Notes under the pieces: model-generated
The model's database searches: none
Seen by the model: the letters and a program-made list of their open reading frames with translations, nothing else
Told to the model about the DNA's origin: nothing
NCBI GenBank assembly: GCA_947501605.1
Contig: CANMWZ010000001.1
Span: 288,001-352,000 of the forward strand
DNA: 64,000 nt
Origin: Planctomycetota bacterium
Lineage (GTDB): Bacteria; Planctomycetota; UBA1135; UBA2386
Reading direction: 5' to 3'
Part shown: piece by piece, positions 59,401 through 64,000 of the stretch
Layout of the letters: each line of letters starts with the position of its first letter
Position numbering within the stretch: the stretch's first letter is position 1
Translations under genes and position numbers: made by a program

Positions 59401-60342
59401 TACATGCTCGAACGCCTGCGCGCGGCGATCCAGCCAGTCAGCAAAGCCGACTTCGCCGACTTTCTGCGCCGCTGGCAGGGCCAAGAGCAGGAGCCGGGCA
59501 GGCACGGTCCACACGGACTGCGGCTGACGCTGCAGCAACTCGCCGGGCACAGCGCGCCGGTCGAAGCGTGGGACGAGGAGATCCTGCCGCAACGGCTTTC
59601 TGGCTACACCCGCGAGGTGCTCGACCAACTGACGCTCGCCGGCGAGTTCGTCTGGCTCCGTCTGTGGGGCAGCTGGCGCGGTCCACTGAGCAAGGCGCCG
59701 CTGTCGATCGTACCGCGCGAGGATCTGCACCTCTGGCTCGAGCTCCCGCTCGAACCGCCCGACGCGACGGCGCTCGGCTCGCACGCGAGCGCGCTGCGCG
59801 ACTTGCTGCAGCAGCGCGGCGCATCGTTTCCAACGGATCTTCGGACCTGGAGTCGCATGCTGCCGAGCCAATTGGAAGACGGCCTCGCCGAGCTCCTTGG
59901 CTGCGGTTTCGCGACCTGCGACTCGTTCGCTGCCGCGCGCCAGTTGGCGGTGCCACCTAGTCGGCGTCGCCTACCGCTGCACACCGTCGGTCGCTTCCAG
60001 CTGATCGAGTGGCCGCCAGCAGCTCGCGCCAGCGACGCCGCCATCGAACATGCCGCGCGATCGATTCTGCGCCGGTTCGGAGTGGTCAGTCAAACTCTGC
60101 TGCAAGAAGAACGCGTGCCGCTGCCGTGGCGTCTCTTGTTGCGCTCCTTCCGTGCGCTCGAGTTGCAGGGCAAGGCGCGCGGCGGCAGGTTTGTGTCGGG
60201 ATGGACCGGCGAGCAGTTTGCGGACCTCGAAGCTGTGCCGGCCCTGCGGGAGCAGCGTCGAAGCTCGGAACGCGCCCGCGCGCTCGCCGACCTGCGACCA
60301 ACCGCGCGCCAGTCCACGGCATCATCTGCTGGGGACAGCTGA
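56467..60342 (+). CDS. lhr: Lhr-family DEAD/DEAH-box helicase with C-terminal winged-helix (HTH_42-like) region
   Basis: APTGSGKT, SPLKAL, TTPESL, DEIH, SAT, HHGS, LELGID, QRVGRAGH and C-terminal GRFV...GEQF. Confidence 0.9.
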   Translation: MPLSNFHPTIQRWFGLELGKPSPPQREGWPAIARGDHVLLAAPTGSGKTLAAFLCALDQLLKLGPALTTATHVVYVSPLKALSNDVQKNLQAPLAALRALDPSLPELSVQVRTGDTPARERAAMLRTPPHILVTTPESLYLLLTTARGRQQLATVRTLIVDEIHALARDKRGSHFALSAERLDRLVQQHGGRLQRIGLSATQRPIAATAALLCGTDRACTIVDAGHRRELDLALELPSAPLDTVCSTETWNEIFARTTELILQHRTTLVFANTRKMTERIAARLAERLGKEHVTSHHGSLSKQRRLDAEQRLKRGELKALVATASLELGIDIGEVDLVIQIGPTPSIATFLQRVGRAGHGLHRTPKGRIVPLTRDELAAASALLLAVRRGDLDRTVQPVAPLDILAQQIVAVCCDEALPEDDLFALVRGAHPFRNLERARFDAVLAMHAGSRSALLHRDPIHRIVRATKRARLCAVTCGGAIPDVADYRVVLDHDDSLVGTVNEDFAIESSIGDVFQLGNTSWQVVRIGQGILRVRDAHGVPPSLPFWLGEAPSRSHELAAALSDVRTHGEDSSWLMQHCGIGGDAAEQLSTWLQDGKRALSAMPSHECLVLERFFDESGGQQLVVHSPFGARLNRAFGLALRKRFCVGFGFELQAAANDEAIVISLGPVHSFPLADVFSYLHPNSARDVLTQALLPAPMFQTRWRWNVTRSLLVERCRSGQRVPAPLLRFRADDALVAAFPAAQACPETLPPGPIDVPLEHPLVLQTISDCLHEAMDVDGLLGLLERIRRGAIGLVAVDTNTPSPFAQGILHAMPYAFLDDAPLEERRTQAAITAQRGARPAAAADHDLDPHALGLVQDEAWPDPCSPEELHEALGWMGWLENDELRPEWRPFLETLIGDGRAVAEGMRWFAAGQSREAKVLWEGRLQAVIPVFVDELADDDRTALLHLESAGSAMRARAFGREIFCHRRLLARVRRYMLERLRAAIQPVSKADFADFLRRWQGQEQEPGRHGPHGLRLTLQQLAGHSAPVEAWDEEILPQRLSGYTREVLDQLTLAGEFVWLRLWGSWRGPLSKAPLSIVPREDLHLWLELPLEPPDATALGSHASALRDLLQQRGASFPTDLRTWSRMLPSQLEDGLAELLGCGFATCDSFAAARQLAVPPSRRRLPLHTVGRFQLIEWPPAARASDAAIEHAARSILRRFGVVSQTLLQEERVPLPWRLLLRSFRALELQGKARGGRFVSGWTGEQFADLEAVPALREQRRSSERARALADLRPTARQSTASSAGDS

Positions 60343-60870
60343 GACCACCTTTGCCCAGTCGATTGCGTCTCCGGCCGCGCGATCGACCTGTCGGTGCACC
60401 AGCAAGCCCTGCGCGTCGAGCACGACGACGCCCCCCTGTTGCCACGGGTCGCCTTGCACCTTGGTCTGACGGTGCCCGGCAAGCAGAGCCCGCAGCATGT
60501 TGAGGATCGCACCCAATCGCACAACCGTCCAAAGGCCGCGCCGCATCCCTGCCAACGCGAAGGCACGGCGCGTCGGATCACTCAGTACCGGCAAGCCGTT
60601 CGCGTGCTCGCGCGCAAACGACGCGGCCATCAGCGGTGCGCCCGTGCCGACGAAGACGATGCGCGCACCCTTGCCAAGGATGGACGCCGAATGCGAGCAG
60701 ACCTCGGCAGCACGTTCGCGACAGAACAGACAGCCGAAGTGACGCACGAACACCACCACCGCGGGACCAACGAACGAACGCAGACTCGTGGCCACGCCAA
60801 TGCTGTCGAGGAGTGGAGTGTCGAGCAACGACGCAGTGCCTGCGTCTCCAGCGAGAACCGAGCGAGTCAT
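60322..60870 (-). CDS. AhpC/TSA peroxiredoxin-like (PRXL2/FAM213-like) protein
   Basis: VFVRHFGCLFCRE, LSDP and GDPWQQGG. Confidence 0.88.
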   Translation of the reverse strand: MTRSVLAGDAGTASLLDTPLLDSIGVATSLRSFVGPAVVVFVRHFGCLFCRERAAEVCSHSASILGKGARIVFVGTGAPLMAASFAREHANGLPVLSDPTRRAFALAGMRRGLWTVVRLGAILNMLRALLAGHRQTKVQGDPWQQGGVVVLDAQGLLVHRQVDRAAGDAIDWAKVVSAVPSR

Positions 60871-60914
60871 CGCTCGACATCATCGCTGCCGCAAGCGGCC
60901 TCGATGCGATGGGC

Positions 60915-61500
60915 AAACAAAAAAACCGTGGCGAAGCACGTCCGTCACCTGCTTGACGCAGGCCACTTCTCCTCATAACCGCGACCTGCGCCTGACACCG
61001 TGAACACGTTCGCCGACCCGATGACTCCAGTAGCACCACCAACCAGAGGTCGAATCGACGGCGCGTTCCCGGCTTGCAGAGCCGACGGACGTGCTTCGAC
61101 TACACGGGGGGGGTCGCCCCCCTGGCCGATCCCAGGCTCGCCAGTCACTCGAACATGCGGATCCGATTACCGGACGCCTGCCCGAGCGACCTTCTGCCGA
61201 AGGCTCGCTCCCGATCACGAACATCGCCGGGTAGGCACAGGCGTTCGAGAGTACGCCTCTGCCCGGATAACCCGGACGACACTCCCGCTTGGCAACTGCC
61301 GCAAAGCAGCACCGCGCGGAGATACGAAGGTTGCCTGCCTCGAACTGCACGACCGCAACGCCAGATGGCGACGGCTCGACCGCGGCAAAGCGGGAGCTCG
61401 AACGACACCGAGGAAGTGCCGCGGACGATGAAGTGAGGGAGGACATATGAGAACAACAACTCCGGCCGATAGTGGCCGAGAGCGCAGGAAGAACTCTCCG
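60915..61500 (-). ncRNA. Candidate large structured non-coding RNA (family not recognised)
   Basis: Gene-free interval with nested stems, including a perfect 15-bp inverted repeat (60932-46/61084-98), TGn-TATGCT upstream on the minus strand, and a U-tract at 60915-25. Confidence 0.45.
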
Positions 61501-61509
61501 AGCATAGCA
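61501..61509 (-). promoter_or_regulatory. Extended -10 promoter-like motif
   Basis: Minus strand TGC-TATGCT pointing into the structured interval. Confidence 0.4.
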
Positions 61510-61710
61510 CGGGCCAAGTCCTTGCGAGCACACACGGGCGCAGCCGCTGCCAGCGCGGCACGCCGCAGAGGCGAACGTTCGACACGGCGCAACGCGCAAC
61601 TGCTGTGCGACACCCGATGACATGAGCGCAACCAAGTCAGAGTCTCGATCGCAGACTTCATGGTTGTACGTTCCAGCGCACCTGCCGAAAAAGCACCCAT
61701 ACCGCCGCCC

Positions 61711-63321
61711 ATGACCACCGCGCCATCCACCAGCACGCATGAAGCCTCCGTTCGTCTCCTCGGTGCGGTATCCCCCGCACAGAAACGGATCGTCGATGAC
61801 GGCGCGTTGGCGTTCGTCGTCGATCTCGAGCGCCGCTTCGGCAGCCGCCGCCGCGAACTCCTAGCGCTGCGCCAAGAGCGCCAGCGACGCCTCGATGCCG
61901 GCGACACGCCGGACTTCCTGCCGGGAACTGCAGGCATCCGCAGCGGTGAATGGCAGGTGGCCCCGGTGCCCACGGAGCTGCTCGATCGCCGTATCGAGAT
62001 CACCGGGCCCACCGACCGCAAGATGGTCATCAACGCGCTCAACAGTGGCGCGTCGGTGTTCATGGCGGACTTCGAAGATAGCCTCGCACCAACTTGGCAG
62101 AACGTCCTCGACGGCCAACAGAACCTGTTTGACGCCGTGCGCCGCACCATCGGCTTCACCGATGCGGCGACCGGCAAGCAATACGCGCTGTCGACGACGC
62201 CAGCCGTCTTGTTCGTCCGACCGCGCGGCTGGCACCTCGAAGAGAAGAACCTGGAGATCGATGGTCGCCGCGCCTCGGCGTCGCTGTTCGACTTCGGCCT
62301 GTTCTTCTTCCACAACAGCAAGGAGCAGGTCGCGCGCGGCACAGCGCCGTACTTCTACCTGCCGAAGATGGAGAGTCACCTCGAAGCTCGGCTGTGGAAC
62401 GACGTGTTCCGATACGCGCAAGAACGGCTGGGCCTCGCCCAAGGCACGATCAAGGCGACGGTGCTGATCGAGACGATTCTCGCTGCGTTCGAGATGGACG
62501 AAATCCTCTACGAACTGCGGCAGCACAGTGCCGGCCTCAACTGCGGCCGCTGGGATTACATCTTCTCGTTCATCAAGAAGTTCCGCGCCCACCAGGGGCG
62601 CGTGATCCCGGATCGGGCGAGCGTCACGATGACGCAGCACTTCCTCCGCAGCTACAGCCAGTTGCTGATCAAGACCTGCCACCGTCGCGCAGCGTTCGCG
62701 ATGGGTGGCATGGCCGCGCAGATCCCGATCAAGAGCAACGCCGCCAAGAACGAGCAGGCGCTCGCCAAAGTCCGCGCCGACAAGAGCCGCGAAGCCAACG
62801 ACGGTCACGACGGCACGTGGGTCGCTCACCCGGGTCTCGTCGCAATCGCCCGTGAGGAGTTCGATCGCGTTCTCGGAACGCGGAAGAACCAGCTCGACGT
62901 GCTGCGTCTCGACGTCGACGTCCGCGCCACCGACCTGCTGCAAGTCCCGGAGGGCAAACTCACCGAGGCTGGGCTGCGCCAGAATCTCGACGTCGGCATC
63001 CAGTACCTCGAGGCCTGGCTCTCCGGCAATGGCTGCGTTCCGCTACACGACCTGATGGAGGACGCGGCGACCGCCGAGATCAGTCGCGTACAGCTCTGGC
63101 AATGGCTGCACCACGGCGCGAGTCTCGACAACGGCCGCCGCGTTGACGCGGCGTTGATTCGGACCACCCTCGCTGAAGTGCTCGCGTCGCTGCAGAGCAC
63201 CCTTGGTCCCGCCACCTACGAGAAGCGCAGGTTCGACCTCGCCAGCACGCTCTTCCTCGACATGGTGTTGGGCAAGCAACTGCCCGACTTCCTCACGACC
63301 GTCGCCTACGAACACATCTGA
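61711..63321 (+). CDS. aceB: Malate synthase A
   Basis: [33 protein letters not shown] and [12 protein letters not shown]. Confidence 0.97.
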   Translation: MTTAPSTSTHEASVRLLGAVSPAQKRIVDDGALAFVVDLERRFGSRRRELLALRQERQRRLDAGDTPDFLPGTAGIRSGEWQVAPVPTELLDRRIEITGPTDRKMVINALNSGASVFMADFEDSLAPTWQNVLDGQQNLFDAVRRTIGFTDAATGKQYALSTTPAVLFVRPRGWHLEEKNLEIDGRRASASLFDFGLFFFHNSKEQVARGTAPYFYLPKMESHLEARLWNDVFRYAQERLGLAQGTIKATVLIETILAAFEMDEILYELRQHSAGLNCGRWDYIFSFIKKFRAHQGRVIPDRASVTMTQHFLRSYSQLLIKTCHRRAAFAMGGMAAQIPIKSNAAKNEQALAKVRADKSREANDGHDGTWVAHPGLVAIAREEFDRVLGTRKNQLDVLRLDVDVRATDLLQVPEGKLTEAGLRQNLDVGIQYLEAWLSGNGCVPLHDLMEDAATAEISRVQLWQWLHHGASLDNGRRVDAALIRTTLAEVLASLQSTLGPATYEKRRFDLASTLFLDMVLGKQLPDFLTTVAYEHI

Positions 63322-63359
63322 ACAACGGGACGTCACCTGTCCCCTACCGCACTGCAACC

Positions 63360-64000
63360 ATGACCAACAGCTACCTTCCGCACCTGCGCGATCTCCCACA
63401 GAACCGGTTCGCTGGCATCCAACGCGATTACACGCCACAGGAGGTCGATCGCTTGCGCGGGTCGATCCGCATCGAGCACACGCTTGCAGCGCATGGAGCC
63501 AATCGCCTGTGGGCGCAACTCCACGGCGAGTCGTACATCGCCGCGCTCGGCGCGCTGACCGGCAACCAAGCGGTTCAGATGGTCAAGGCTGGCCTGCAGG
63601 CCATCTACCTGAGCGGCTGGCAGGTCGCGGCCGACGCGAACCTCTCGGGCCAGATGTACCCGGACCAGAGCCTCTACCCAGCGAACTCGGTGCCGAACGT
63701 CGTGAAGCGCATCAACCAGGCATTCCAGCGTGCCGACCAGATCGCGCACATGGAGAACGACCACTCGACCAACTGGTTCGTACCGATCGTCGCCGACGCA
63801 GAAGCAGGCTTCGGCGGACCGCTCAACGCCTTCGAACTGATGAAGCAGATGATCGAGGCTGGCGCCGCCGGTGTGCACTTCGAGGATCAGCTCGCAAGCG
63901 AGAAGAAGTGCGGACACCTCGGGGGCAAAGTCCTGGTCCCGACGCAGTCGTTCGTACGAACGCTCAACGCCGCACGACTCGCGGCCGACGTCTCGGGAGT
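63360..64000 (+). CDS. aceA: Isocitrate lyase, 3'-truncated (absent from the ORF track)
   Basis: Hand translation gives [27 protein letters not shown] and [10 protein letters not shown]. Confidence 0.96.
   Translation, partial: MTNSYLPHLRDLPQNRFAGIQRDYTPQEVDRLRGSIRIEHTLAAHGANRLWAQLHGESYIAALGALTGNQAVQMVKAGLQAIYLSGWQVAADANLSGQMYPDQSLYPANSVPNVVKRINQAFQRADQIAHMENDHSTNWFVPIVADAEAGFGGPLNAFELMKQMIEAGAAGVHFEDQLASEKKCGHLGGKVLVPTQSFVRTLNAARLAADVSG

Noticed and set aside
56467..60342. Lhr helicase as part of an anti-phage defence system
   Set aside because: No nuclease, methylase or other defence partner nearby; the architecture matches housekeeping long Lhr.
60915..61500. RNase P, tmRNA, SRP RNA or cobalamin riboswitch identity
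   Set aside because: Hallmark motifs (GAGGAAAGUCC, tRNA-like ends, SRP GGAA loop context, B12 box) were not found on either strand.
1..64000. Many long antisense or alternate-frame ORFs (e.g. 24714-26963 +, 51752-53836 +, 28491-30020 +, 48922-50382 +)
   Set aside because: Shadow ORFs expected in high-GC coding DNA; they overlap genes with clear family motifs and have no motifs of their own.

Overview
High-GC bacterial chromosomal window; the gene content (squalene-cyclase-repeat protein, many secreted TPR proteins, DUF2911, ECF sigma) suggests Planctomycetota, which is an inference. Housekeeping genes: fliC, rpsT, def, ribF, an Mla/Pqi-type ABC operon, larE, argR-C-B-D-F-G-H plus a GNAT with tandem ARG boxes, a separate argJ, tsaA, psd, an Lhr helicase, aceB and a partial aceA. 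Paralogous secreted proteins are interspersed. Three observations stand out. (1) A TlpA/redoxin gene is split by an in-frame TGA exactly at the CxxC position (W-U-G-P-C) and is followed by a bacterial SECIS-like hairpin, so it is a probable selenoprotein that the ORF track breaks in two. (2) A ~580-nt gene-free, densely base-paired interval (60915-61500) has a minus-strand promoter-like motif and a U-tract end, making it a candidate large structured ncRNA. (3) Two ~165-bp MITE/palindromic elements abut TAG stop codons and share a 55-nt core with conserved loop motifs but different, still-pairing stems. I saw no CRISPR array, tRNA, rRNA or transposase.
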